Source of the DNA: Candidatus Latescibacterota bacterium
GTDB taxonomy: Bacteria > Latescibacterota > UBA2968 > GCA-2709665
Length of the DNA: 64,000 nt
NCBI GenBank assembly: GCA_965237675.1
Contig: OZ250150.1
Span: forward strand, 4,064,001 to 4,128,000
Direction: 5' to 3'
Shown here piece after piece: positions 9,933 through 19,555 of the stretch (positions are counted from its first letter, which is position 1; each line of letters starts with the position of its first letter). The position numbers and the translations under genes are program-made. The notes under the pieces were generated by a model. The model did not search any database, was not told the origin of the DNA, and saw only the letters and a program-made list of their open reading frames with translations.

Positions 9933-11240
9933 TCAGCTCACGAAAGCATCATAGACGGCTCGTACGGCCCGCTTGTAGTCCGCCTCTTCCACACCCACGA
10001 TAATGTTGATTTCGGATGCGCCCTGATCGATCACACGGACGTTGACTCGCGCGTTTGCGAGCGCGCCAAACAACCGTGCAGCGATGCCGATTCGATGTGA
10101 CATTCCCTCGCCAACGGTCGCGATAAGGGCCAACCCGCGCAATAACTCTACGCGATCCGGTTGCAGGATCCGTTGTATATCGTCGACGAGTCCCTCTCCT
10201 TTTTCGCCGAGTTGTTCATTGCGCATAATGACCGACATCGTATCGATCCCGGACGGTGTATGTTCATAACTGATATCGTGCGATGCCACCACCTCCAACA
10301 CCTGCCGGCCAAAGCCCTTCTGCTGGTTCATCATTGCCTTTTCGATAAACAACATCGTAAAGGCCGGTTGTCCGGCCACACCGGCAATGAGATCGTCTGT
10401 CAATTCCCTCCGGGCCAATATTCGGGTTCCGACGTCCTGGGGCCGGTTCGTGTTGCGAATATGGACGGGAATCCCGGCGGCACGTACAGGAAACATGGCC
10501 TCGTCGTGGAACACCGATGCCCCCATATACGCCAGTTCTCGAACCTCGCGATACGTAATTTCACGCACGGGTCGCGCATCCGGCACCAGGTCCGGATCTG
10601 CCATCAGCAGGCCCGATACGTCGGTCCAATTCTCGTAGACCTCGGCATTGACAGCCCGAGCCACAATAGCGCCCGTGATATCCGAACCGCCTCTCGAAAA
10701 CGTCCTCACGTCTCCGCCCGGATCGCTACCGTAAAATCCCGGCACGACGAACAACCCGGTGCCGTCAACCCGTCCCTCGAGCAGGTCGTAGCTGGCGGGG
10801 TCCAGGTGGCCTCCGGGACGAAAACGGATGGCTTCCGCGGCGTCGATGAAGGTTGCGCCCAGGTAATCGGCCATCACACGTCCACACAGATACTCTCCGC
10901 GCGAAGCGACAAAATCTCGAGATGCGCCTTTTTCTATACTTGATTTCAGCTGGTCGAGCAACTGCCCGATATTGAGGGCGATTTCAAGCTTTGCCGCCAG
11001 TTCTTCATATCGGATGCGCACGCGTGAGTACGGCTCTGAGAAATCCAGATTCTGCCTGGCCAGTTCATGGCACAGATAAAGCAGGTCCGTGATTTTCGTA
11101 TCGGCGGCGTTGCGCTTGCCGGGTGCGGACGGCACAATGAGACGGCGACGCGGATCGGCTTCAAGGATTTTCTTGACCTGTTTCACCTGCCGCTCGTCGG
11201 CAAGCGAACTCCCGCCGAATTTGCACACAACCGTTCCCAT
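9933..11240 (-). CDS. lysC: Aspartate kinase with C-terminal ACT domains
   Basis: KFGGSS, SAPGKR, FSRGGSDITG, ENWTDVSG; ACT-type C-terminus. Confidence 0.92.
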   Translation of the reverse strand: MGTVVCKFGGSSLADERQVKQVKKILEADPRRRLIVPSAPGKRNAADTKITDLLYLCHELARQNLDFSEPYSRVRIRYEELAAKLEIALNIGQLLDQLKSSIEKGASRDFVASRGEYLCGRVMADYLGATFIDAAEAIRFRPGGHLDPASYDLLEGRVDGTGLFVVPGFYGSDPGGDVRTFSRGGSDITGAIVARAVNAEVYENWTDVSGLLMADPDLVPDARPVREITYREVRELAYMGASVFHDEAMFPVRAAGIPVHIRNTNRPQDVGTRILARRELTDDLIAGVAGQPAFTMLFIEKAMMNQQKGFGRQVLEVVASHDISYEHTPSGIDTMSVIMRNEQLGEKGEGLVDDIQRILQPDRVELLRGLALIATVGEGMSHRIGIAARLFGALANARVNVRVIDQGASEINIIVGVEEADYKRAVRAVYDAFVS

Positions 11241-11351
11241 ACCCCGATTTGACCTCCGGTCGGCGCCCGTTCCCCTACCGGGCATGCCCCTTTCTGGCTC
11301 CGTGGCGAATGACCCGCGTATTCTTCGTGATTACGGCCGCAAGGCCTCGCA

Positions 11352-12272
11352 TCAGGCAGCATTCCGCTTCTGGTACAGGCGCAGCTCCTTCAGCAGCTCC
11401 CGAACGGCCCGGTTTTCCGGATCGATCCGTAATGCTTCATTCAACGCATCGATTGCCGCCTGTAGATCGGACGACGCTTTGCTCCGCTCGGATAGCCGCC
11501 AATAACACAGACCAATGACATGATGTGCTCGCGCGCGGTCCTCGTTCGCCAGGAATTCATATGCGAGCGCTTTCCCGGCGAGGTCGACGCCTTCCCTGTA
11601 ACGGGCAGCCCTGAACGTATAGAACGCCGCAAACACCCTCGCATGAGCAACAGCATCGTCTCCGGCGCCATAAACCAGACCCCGACTCACAACCCGGAGT
11701 GCTTCCGGATAACGCCTCACGCCCTCCAGCATACGGGCCACATCTGTTGCCTGCATGCACAATTTATCCCGCCAGTCCTTGTCCGCGGGCGTCGGACGAA
11801 ACTCGTACTTCGACCAGAGACTATCCTGCTGCCCCCAGATTTTAAGCACGCTCTGTATAATTGCGGGATGTCGTGTGATGGCGCCGGATCTGGAAGCCAG
11901 GTAAGTATTGTTGTAAAAATGCCGACCCAGCGACCGGACAACCGGCGGGTATCCCGGCGCGACCGAATCCACGCGAGTATAGACAGACACCCACTGGCCG
12001 TCTCCGAGGCTATCCGAACCTGCCAGCAATGCCTGGGCTTTCGTAAGCTGCTCGTGCCGTTCTGCCGCCTTTGTTCCAGATGGTGTATCGCCGTATTTCT
12101 CGGCGATTTCGGAATACTGCGCGATCGTCTGAGGCAGGGTTTCCAACCGCTCTTCCATATCCCGAAAGACAACATAATACATCCGCTCCGCCTTCTTCGC
12201 TCTTCGGGCCCCCTCATTGTCGCATCCCACGCACAACGCCAGACCCAGAAACACAACAATCACTCTCGACAT
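11352..12272 (-). CDS. Tetratricopeptide-repeat lipoprotein, function unknown
   Basis: Signal peptide with lipobox-like CVGC; C-terminal TPR pattern (AIDALNEALRIDPEN); GGGGAG RBS. Confidence 0.65.
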   Translation of the reverse strand: MSRVIVVFLGLALCVGCDNEGARRAKKAERMYYVVFRDMEERLETLPQTIAQYSEIAEKYGDTPSGTKAAERHEQLTKAQALLAGSDSLGDGQWVSVYTRVDSVAPGYPPVVRSLGRHFYNNTYLASRSGAITRHPAIIQSVLKIWGQQDSLWSKYEFRPTPADKDWRDKLCMQATDVARMLEGVRRYPEALRVVSRGLVYGAGDDAVAHARVFAAFYTFRAARYREGVDLAGKALAYEFLANEDRARAHHVIGLCYWRLSERSKASSDLQAAIDALNEALRIDPENRAVRELLKELRLYQKRNAA

Positions 12273-12388
12273 TGCAGATCGCTCCCCGAATGTGAATCTT
12301 CGCATGTTTTCATTCCGCTGTCTCTCGGGCACCAGGCCCGGTAATGGCGTCGCGGCTTCGACCGCATCGGATGCGAAGGGATACAAAG

Positions 12389-13357
12389 CTACTCGAAGTC
12401 TGCGCGAATCAGCATCTCGGATGCACCCTTCTGGCTGATCTTGTCGATCAACCTCCGATTGAATTCGCGTGCCGTATGGTAACCCTGAATCTTGAGTTGA
12501 TAATTCAATGCAATAGCCTCTGCGATGACCGTAATATTCTTGCCTGGATAGATCGGCACGGTCACCTGTTGGACCTCCACGTCGAGAATCGACACCCAGT
12601 CCTCCTCCAGACCCACCCGGTCGTAGGATTCGGTCTCGTCCCATTCCACGAGTTGCACAACGACCTCGACTCGTTTTTGAATCCGAAACGCACCGATCCC
12701 AAACATGTGTCGGACGTTCAGTATGCCGAGACCACGGATTTCCATATGATCCCGCAGCGCATCACCGCATGCGCCAACGAGAATGCCCTGGAGCTTTCTT
12801 GAAACCAGCACGATGTCGTCCGCAACCAGTCTGTGCCCGCGCTCGACGAGGTCCAATGCAATTTCACTCTTCCCGATCCCGCTTCGACCGGTAAACAAGA
12901 GACCGATTCCATATACATCGACGAGAGAACCGTGGATGGCTGTCCTGGGAGCAAACACATCGTCCAGATAGTAAGAAAAAAGATGGGAAAACTTGGTGGT
13001 CGAAAACGGAGTGACCATCAGTGGGATGCCTCGCTGCCTGGCCAATTTCACCATAGTCTGAGGCACCTCGTTTCCGTCGGTAACTACCACACACGGGATG
13101 TCGAACTGGAAAACGGTCTCCAGCACCGTGCGGAGTTTGCGGGCGGAAAGGCCGTCCAGGTACAACATTTCGGAGTTGCCGAGTACCTGAGCGCGGTCGA
13201 ACGTAAAAAGACCCACGAAGCCGGCGAGGACGAGACCGGGTCGGTGTACATCGCTGGAGGTCAGCTTTTTGCCCGTGTTGTCTTTACCGGCAATCAACTT
13301 GAGGGCCAGCTTTTCACCGAAACGTTCAAGGACTTCCGCGATTGAAATTTCCTGCAC
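12389..13357 (-). CDS. hprK: HPr kinase/phosphorylase
   Basis: HRPGL, GRSGIGKSE Walker A, GHRLVADD, MEIRGLGI; GTG start after AGGGAG. Confidence 0.96.
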   Translation of the reverse strand: MQEISIAEVLERFGEKLALKLIAGKDNTGKKLTSSDVHRPGLVLAGFVGLFTFDRAQVLGNSEMLYLDGLSARKLRTVLETVFQFDIPCVVVTDGNEVPQTMVKLARQRGIPLMVTPFSTTKFSHLFSYYLDDVFAPRTAIHGSLVDVYGIGLLFTGRSGIGKSEIALDLVERGHRLVADDIVLVSRKLQGILVGACGDALRDHMEIRGLGILNVRHMFGIGAFRIQKRVEVVVQLVEWDETESYDRVGLEEDWVSILDVEVQQVTVPIYPGKNITVIAEAIALNYQLKIQGYHTAREFNRRLIDKISQKGASEMLIRADFE

Positions 13358-13494
13358 ACGGCGCTCCCTGGTTTGACTTCGTTGTGAAGTGCGACCGAGG
13401 ATCGAATGACAGAGTCCGAACGGACCGGACTCCCCTCGTCGTCCCATAGGCAAGAGCACATAACCTATAGATTTATAGGTTCTTGCAGGACTGC

Positions 13495-13523
13495 AATATA
13501 TGTCAAAACACCACGACTGTCAA
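13495..13523 (-). promoter_or_regulatory. Sigma-70-type promoter for hprK
   Basis: TTGACA-17 nt-TATATT on minus strand. Confidence 0.7.
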
Positions 13524-13557
13524 GCAGGTGGATCAATTTGAATACGGGACTTCGGGC

Positions 13558-13586
13558 TTGACTTGGTACCGGCTAGAGGCTATACT
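13558..13586 (+). promoter_or_regulatory. Sigma-70-type promoter for the membrane-protein pair
   Basis: TTGACT-17 nt-TATACT. Confidence 0.7.
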
Positions 13587-13631
13587 CCCTGCACGGTCCG
13601 ACCGCCGCGATAAATGGAAATCCGATGACGG

Positions 13632-14858
13632 GTGGATTCGATGCAACTGATCGCCAGCTTCTATGTCATCTACACAATCTGCTTGATCTGCCGACACCTG
13701 TACGTAAGGCGGAAGCTTGCCGCGCCCCTGGACAGCCTGCGAACAAGCCATCTGCATTTCGTTCTGATCGGTATGGCCGTGGGTTTCTTCCTGTCCCGCG
13801 AGAGTGACCTGGCGGGGATTGTTGAAGACATACAGACGGGACTGTTGGGCGTCATTCTGGTCTGGTTCGGTATGATTACGGGTCTTCGGTTCGATTTTCG
13901 TCGGCTGGGAAGGCGCGCATCACGCCACTGCACGCTTGAAGGTCTTCAGGTTCTGGGAACGGCCGCCATTGTCTTTCTCCTGGCTTTGTTGTGGAGGCCG
14001 GTGCTACGGTACCAAATGGGCATCACGGCCGATCCCTCCCTGATCGCGCTCTTGCTGGGCACACTGGCAACCACGCTTCGTATGCCGGACCGGATATTCT
14101 ACGTCCGTACGGCGCTTTCCACACCGCCCGTCGAAAATTCGCCGGCGGGCCCGTTCATCACGAATGCAGCCGCAATGACAGTTATGACAGTTCTGTACTC
14201 GTACTGCGCTGGCGGCCCCGTTGTCGAACTGGGGCCCTTCACCATTGTGGGCACTGGCAGCTTCTGGGCGTTACTTGCGTGCGTCGGGATTCTCGTGGGC
14301 CTGTTGCTTACGTTTATCTTCGGCACCTTTCAGGACGATTTCTTGTGCACAGTTATCGCGACGGGCACCGTGGCTACCGTCGGCGGACTCTGCATAGGCA
14401 AGTCGATTCCGGGCGTGGTCGTCGGATTCATCTCGGGCGTATGGTTCATCAATACGACGACACGTCGCCGGGATGCGCTTGAACTTCTGGAAAAAACCAC
14501 GGGTATCCTGCAACCCGTCTTTTTTCTGGTTATAGGTGGCCTGCTTGCAACACAGAACCTCACGGCACTACGATTGACGGCGTTCGCCTTTTTGTTCCTG
14601 GTTGCCAGAAGTCTGGCGAGGGGAATCAGCCTGACGGTAGCTGCCCGTCTGACCCGCTGCCATCTTTCACTAACGGAAATTATCGGCTCGGCGCTCAGGC
14701 CCCTCGGGACGTTGTCGGTGGCTCTGGCAGCCCAGCTTGTCCTTCTGGATTCAGGGCCAAACCGCTACGCCCTGATCGCCGCGGTTCTGGTTGCAACCGC
14801 GATAGGTCAGGTGATACCTTTGCCCAAACCCCGCGAAGTTTCCGCCCCGAGCACGTAA
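13632..14858 (+). CDS. Polytopic membrane protein, possibly cation:proton antiporter-like
   Basis: About 11-13 hydrophobic segments; PVFFLVIGG-like CPA motif. Confidence 0.55.
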   Translation: MDSMQLIASFYVIYTICLICRHLYVRRKLAAPLDSLRTSHLHFVLIGMAVGFFLSRESDLAGIVEDIQTGLLGVILVWFGMITGLRFDFRRLGRRASRHCTLEGLQVLGTAAIVFLLALLWRPVLRYQMGITADPSLIALLLGTLATTLRMPDRIFYVRTALSTPPVENSPAGPFITNAAAMTVMTVLYSYCAGGPVVELGPFTIVGTGSFWALLACVGILVGLLLTFIFGTFQDDFLCTVIATGTVATVGGLCIGKSIPGVVVGFISGVWFINTTTRRRDALELLEKTTGILQPVFFLVIGGLLATQNLTALRLTAFAFLFLVARSLARGISLTVAARLTRCHLSLTEIIGSALRPLGTLSVALAAQLVLLDSGPNRYALIAAVLVATAIGQVIPLPKPREVSAPST

Positions 14859-14882
14859 ACCACAACGAACGGAAGGCACTGA

Positions 14883-16067
14883 ATGAGGCGGTTTCTGATC
14901 TGCGTCATTTTATGTGCGGTTGTCTGGGGAGTCCAACGGGACTCTCCGGATTCGATCCAGCCCGTGGTATACGTCGGCCTAATGCTGATAGTACCGTTAA
15001 TCCTGGCAACCACGCTGACCGGGTTCGGGTTTCCTGTCCACGTGATACCCCTTGTACTGGGATTTCTCGCCGGCGGTTCCGGAATACGGGACACCGGCGC
15101 CTTCATTGCAACAGCGCCGGTTGCGGAACTCGCACAGGTCTGGGTCGGCCTGTATCTCGGAGCGAGTTTTTCATATCATCGGTTCTTCAGCAAGAATCTT
15201 GGAAGGGCCGCATTGCTTTCCGTAGCGGTAACGCTGGTCCCGGCTTCGTTAACGTTTATGTTATTTCTGGATTTTTCGGCCGTCCAGGCATTTCGACTGG
15301 GTCTGCTTGCTGCTCTGGCCGGCCCGATGTTCACGCTTATCTCTCAACCGGACAGACGAGAGTCCCTGTCCTTTTCGCTCCTGGTTACGATGTTGGGGCT
15401 GTCGCTCTGGTTCCTCTCTGATCTCATCCTGCGCACACCCGGCCTCTACCGGGCCGTACCGTCGGCAATCATCTGGGCGGTGGGCGTAGAACTGATTTTC
15501 AGGATTACGCACAAGGTCAGAACCAGATATGGCGGGCAGCTCCTGTTCGGCGCGATTGTCGCGACGCTTTTCTTTTGCGCACGGGTGATGCACATATCTC
15601 CGCTATTTCTGGCGCTCGCGACCGGCGTGGGAGTCTCTGCCCGATCTGTGAAGACCGGATATTCCCTGCAGGCGATGCAACCCCTTTCGGTCCCGCTTTC
15701 GCACTTTGTACTCACTTATTTTGTGGCGAGCCTGGACCTTTCGGGCTTATTGAACCTCTCGGCGTTTCATTGGAAACTTCTGGTCATCTACGCGGGAGCA
15801 ATGCTTGCCGGCAAGGCTGCCGGCGGTTTTTCGGCCGGGCGTTTCGCTTCTCTATACGTACGTGACTGGTCACAGATTCTCCCTCAAGGCTTTTTTGTTT
15901 TCGTGCTTTTGCCCCAGGTGTTTTCCCCCCAGATGGAACCGGCCGTGCGCGACGGGCTGAGCGCCGGCGTGGTTCTGCTTTGCGGCATCGCCATCCCTAT
16001 GCTGTTGACGCCCGTTCTCTTCATGTACGAACAACTTAGCCGCAGGCGCATTCAAACCTCCACTTAG
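14883..16067 (+). CDS. Polytopic membrane protein, possibly cation:proton antiporter-like
   Basis: Many TM segments; GASLDL/GKAAGG/LPQG-like CPA2 remnants; co-oriented 24 nt after previous gene. Confidence 0.55.
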   Translation: MRRFLICVILCAVVWGVQRDSPDSIQPVVYVGLMLIVPLILATTLTGFGFPVHVIPLVLGFLAGGSGIRDTGAFIATAPVAELAQVWVGLYLGASFSYHRFFSKNLGRAALLSVAVTLVPASLTFMLFLDFSAVQAFRLGLLAALAGPMFTLISQPDRRESLSFSLLVTMLGLSLWFLSDLILRTPGLYRAVPSAIIWAVGVELIFRITHKVRTRYGGQLLFGAIVATLFFCARVMHISPLFLALATGVGVSARSVKTGYSLQAMQPLSVPLSHFVLTYFVASLDLSGLLNLSAFHWKLLVIYAGAMLAGKAAGGFSAGRFASLYVRDWSQILPQGFFVFVLLPQVFSPQMEPAVRDGLSAGVVLLCGIAIPMLLTPVLFMYEQLSRRRIQTST

Positions 16068-16216
16068 TTTCTGGGTTCGATATAAAAAACCCGGCCCACA
16101 GGCGGGATGGCCAATTCTCCCCATTGCTCTGTCCCGGAAACAGATTGCCGAAATGCGACCGACGAGTCGCCCGGCTCGCAAGGCGCCTGCGATCTGCCGA
16201 AGGTCGGCGAGCGCGG

Positions 16217-16305
16217 TTCGACAAGCTCAACGCAGGCAACGGACGCTACGCAGCGAGGCGGGATGAACCGGCGCCTGCCTGTGCGTACAGCCTCACGCAC
16301 GCAGA
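16217..16305. repeat. Dispersed REP-like composite repeat, copy 1
   Basis: 16248-16305 matches the reverse complement of 39013-39070 at 56/58 nt; both copies are flanked by TTCGACARGCTCA. Confidence 0.9.
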
Positions 16306-16381
16306 TGCAGGAAAGAACGGCGGTATATTTCTGGGACAGGACACGAGAGCGGCGAAACCAGGGACGGTTGTGTACCGATAT

Positions 16382-17629
16382 CTATTTTAACCAGCCAGAC
16401 AAGGAGAACGTCTGCATTACAAAACGCTCCGAAGCCCCATGTCTGGCCACGTCACCTCTTTTGCCAAACTCAATTACGTAACGAAAACTGCCCGTGCCAC
16501 GTTTTTCGAAAGGCAGTGCCATACCCAGACTCACGCCCACCTCGCCGATCTGAGAATCTCCGGCTGTCTTGAAGTAAAGCGACCGATAGTATCCACCTGC
16601 CGTCAGTTCGATTCGTCGATGCGTACTGCGCGAATCCGGGTCGCCCGTCCTGTAGAGGACGCCTCCGGCCAATTCGGTTGTATTGTAGCGGCCAGACTCG
16701 GTTTTTTCCCAGAACGCCCGCTCGACGTCCAGCGCCGCCATCCAGCGATAACCCGACCGGTATGCCAGCCCCACGCCGATACTTGCCGGCAGATGCACAT
16801 CCAGCGTTGTCCGGGTCTCCTCTTCGAACCCCAATTCCGCGAAGAAATTGCGCAAAATCCGTGTCTGGGTGACGGTCGATGCAGCCCGGAACGCGGCCCC
16901 GACGAACCATTTTCCGCCCCCGGTATATACTGCGCCAAGCGAGGGCTGCGCGCCGCTGTGCGTCCGTACGTATCGATCCTCGCTGTTCAGGTATTCGGGA
17001 ATCTGGCGGTTATTGGCATCCACCAAAAAAGTCCCTGCGGATCCATCCTTCCCGTCCGAACCGAAATCTTTCGTCCACGTCTCGTTGATGGTCCCGATTG
17101 TAATGACACTCAGGCTCCCGCCCAATAGCATACCACCCCACCTGCGCGCAAGCCCGAAAGAGAACGCCTGGATGCCGCCCGTGGCATTGACCCGCAACGT
17201 GTAGGGAACGGCATGGGTGCTGTCGGCGCCGACAAGGTCGAAATCAAGGTCGGTTAACGGCTCCAGGCCCACTCCCAGGACCGTACCGTGCAGAACGGGC
17301 AACACGACCTGGAATGCGCCGATATCGCCGTCTGAAACCACGTGCCGATTCCGACCGTCATCGAGGGTACGGCGTTGCAGAAAGAAGCGACTCTGCAAAC
17401 CGGCGCGCGAAAACGCAGCCAGGAGCGCAGGATTTGCCGAACTGAAATTCTGGCTGTCCGCAAGCGCACGCCCGGCGCCTCCCATTCCCCGTGCCCGCAC
17501 GTCGACACGGCGTTCGGAATCGCCGACGCCATTAAAGGAAAAGATGGATTTCGCAAAGGGCGAATCCACCAGCGCACCGAGCACGAGAAAACAAACGATC
17601 GGAACTGAAACGCGACGGAAATGGTTCAC
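16382..17629 (-). CDS. Outer-membrane beta-barrel protein (FadL/PorV-like N-terminus)
   Basis: Signal peptide, ARGMGGAG..NPALLA hatch motif, alternating beta-strands. Confidence 0.7.
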   Translation of the reverse strand: MNHFRRVSVPIVCFLVLGALVDSPFAKSIFSFNGVGDSERRVDVRARGMGGAGRALADSQNFSSANPALLAAFSRAGLQSRFFLQRRTLDDGRNRHVVSDGDIGAFQVVLPVLHGTVLGVGLEPLTDLDFDLVGADSTHAVPYTLRVNATGGIQAFSFGLARRWGGMLLGGSLSVITIGTINETWTKDFGSDGKDGSAGTFLVDANNRQIPEYLNSEDRYVRTHSGAQPSLGAVYTGGGKWFVGAAFRAASTVTQTRILRNFFAELGFEEETRTTLDVHLPASIGVGLAYRSGYRWMAALDVERAFWEKTESGRYNTTELAGGVLYRTGDPDSRSTHRRIELTAGGYYRSLYFKTAGDSQIGEVGVSLGMALPFEKRGTGSFRYVIEFGKRGDVARHGASERFVMQTFSLSGWLK

Positions 17630-17653
17630 ATTCTTCCTCGAAAAGAAGTGTTT

Positions 17654-18859
17654 CTACGGATCGGGCGGGGTTGAATAGATCAACTTCAACATCGGATTGT
17701 GGAACACAACCCAGTTGATCTCCCAATTTTGGAGATCCTCTATCGGGGTGCTCAGGGCCATGCCGAAGTTACGCGTGGTCCCGGACATCCACCCTTGGAC
17801 GACGGTCTGGTCCAGGGCATAGGACGCCACTTGCTCCTCAAACTGCCACGTATTCACAAGGGAAAAAGTCGTGTCTCCCGTAGCCGAATTGATGTTGATC
17901 CGTTCGACTGAAAACGTAAACTCGCCGAACATCGATTGCGACCGATCATAATTCAGCCGCAACTCCGAAAACGTAACCGTCGCTCCCGTTGGAATGCTAT
18001 CGGGAAGGTCAAAGCGAAACACGGGGCTCAGTCGAACGGTAGTCGCGAGCACCAGCATCCCGGGTTCGGGCCCGTCCCGCGCCGCCCAGTACGTATCTTC
18101 CGATACATCCGCGACATGCGTGTAGGTGTTTCCGTCGACGGAATACGTCAAATGGAGTTCCGGCAGTGCATTGACGTTGCCGGGCAGTGAATCGTCTCGG
18201 GAGACCAGACTCGCGAAAAACTCAGCGCCGGCCGCCGGCTGCAGCAGTACATCCACCTCTGCGTTGTCGGAATTCTCCAGTATGGCCGAGGTAACGTACC
18301 CAGGAGGGAGATCGATCTGGATCAGGCTGTCCCCCAGAACCGTCGCGGTCGCTCCGGCGATTGCGGCGGACGCGAAATCGATCGCGGTGTGTCTGAGTGT
18401 ATCGACAAACTGATTCGCCTCACTCCACGCCTGTTCCGGACGGTGTACCTCAAGTTCTTCCAATCCTCTGGTGGGCGCACGTTTCCGGATCCGCATTTGA
18501 ACGGAATGTACGACCAGTTTCCCCCCGTCGGCGCCCGCCGCCGCCGAAACCAGGGAATCAGCATCCAGCCGGACCCGAATCAGTGAGCGAAACACGAGAC
18601 CGCCCATCCGTCCAACCATCAATTGTTCGTCGGTACCGAATCCACGACTAAAAGTACCTTCGAACCGGGTTGAACCGCCCTGGGAAGGCAGCAAGGGGAG
18701 TTCCACGACCCGCCCCTGCCCACGAGTAATCAGATCGGATCCGATCGGATTCTCCTCACTATTGCCGCAGCCAGTTAACGACGCCGCAACTAGCATTAAT
18801 ATCAAGAGCGGCCGGCGATCCATAAGTTTACTCTCCCGGTTCGACTTTATTCCCTTCAT
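17654..18859 (-). CDS. Lipoprotein of unknown function (DUF4270-like)
   Basis: LTGC lipobox, NPIGSDL, C-terminal PMLKLIYS; true start may be the later MDRR. Confidence 0.55.
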   Translation of the reverse strand: MKGIKSNRESKLMDRRPLLILMLVAASLTGCGNSEENPIGSDLITRGQGRVVELPLLPSQGGSTRFEGTFSRGFGTDEQLMVGRMGGLVFRSLIRVRLDADSLVSAAAGADGGKLVVHSVQMRIRKRAPTRGLEELEVHRPEQAWSEANQFVDTLRHTAIDFASAAIAGATATVLGDSLIQIDLPPGYVTSAILENSDNAEVDVLLQPAAGAEFFASLVSRDDSLPGNVNALPELHLTYSVDGNTYTHVADVSEDTYWAARDGPEPGMLVLATTVRLSPVFRFDLPDSIPTGATVTFSELRLNYDRSQSMFGEFTFSVERININSATGDTTFSLVNTWQFEEQVASYALDQTVVQGWMSGTTRNFGMALSTPIEDLQNWEINWVVFHNPMLKLIYSTPPDP

Positions 18860-18954
18860 CCTGTAACGCCCAATTCACCAGATCGTTCCTGCCTGAATGC
18901 GTCCGGGTGCGAATAACCCGTTGAAGATCCCCGTGATTCAATCGCGAAAAAGAC

Positions 18955-19479
18955 TCAATGCAACTGTTTAATCAAGATGTCGGCGTGTTGCTCACCCGCG
19001 GCAATTGGATTCTTTATGCACGCACCCTCCATATCGCCGGTTTGGGCACCTACGAAACCGTCCTGGTCGATTTTGGCTACCATATACATCTCGGGAATCT
19101 CCGCCAGCACGATTCCTTCTCCGAACATCCGTGCGACATCCGCCTGCGTGAGGGTATACTGGTACGGTAGCGCGGGCATGGGAATGCGTTTCAGGGCGTA
19201 CGGCGGGCCTCCATCGGCCCTCTCTCTCGCAATGATAAACAGATAGGCGCCCGCCGGGATCCCGTACCTTAGCTCTTGCTTAATCCGGACGGTGCCCCGA
19301 ACCGTTTTTTCGCCCGGTCCTTCCGGCTCCCGGCTGGATGTCGTTATTGGAGGATGCCCCGCCGGGAGCTCGGGCTGCTGCCGTTTCGGCGGTGGATGCG
19401 CGCCCTCCTTGTAGTGTCGATCGCAAGCGCAAATAAGCAGAAGCCCGACGAAAGCACTCAGGAAACGTGTGATAAACAT
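18955..19479 (-). CDS. Lipoprotein with LPAGHP motif and CcmI/CycH C-terminal-like domain
   Basis: ICAC lipobox; YLFIIAR..GGPPYALKRIP..LPYQYTL resembles the CcmI C-terminal domain. Confidence 0.55.
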   Translation of the reverse strand: MFITRFLSAFVGLLLICACDRHYKEGAHPPPKRQQPELPAGHPPITTSSREPEGPGEKTVRGTVRIKQELRYGIPAGAYLFIIARERADGGPPYALKRIPMPALPYQYTLTQADVARMFGEGIVLAEIPEMYMVAKIDQDGFVGAQTGDMEGACIKNPIAAGEQHADILIKQLH

Positions 19480-19555
19480 AGCCTGTAAATATTTAACAAA
19501 AAAATGGACCGGACTCGCACAAGCCGGACCGGAGATGCCTGATGTGAATTTTATT

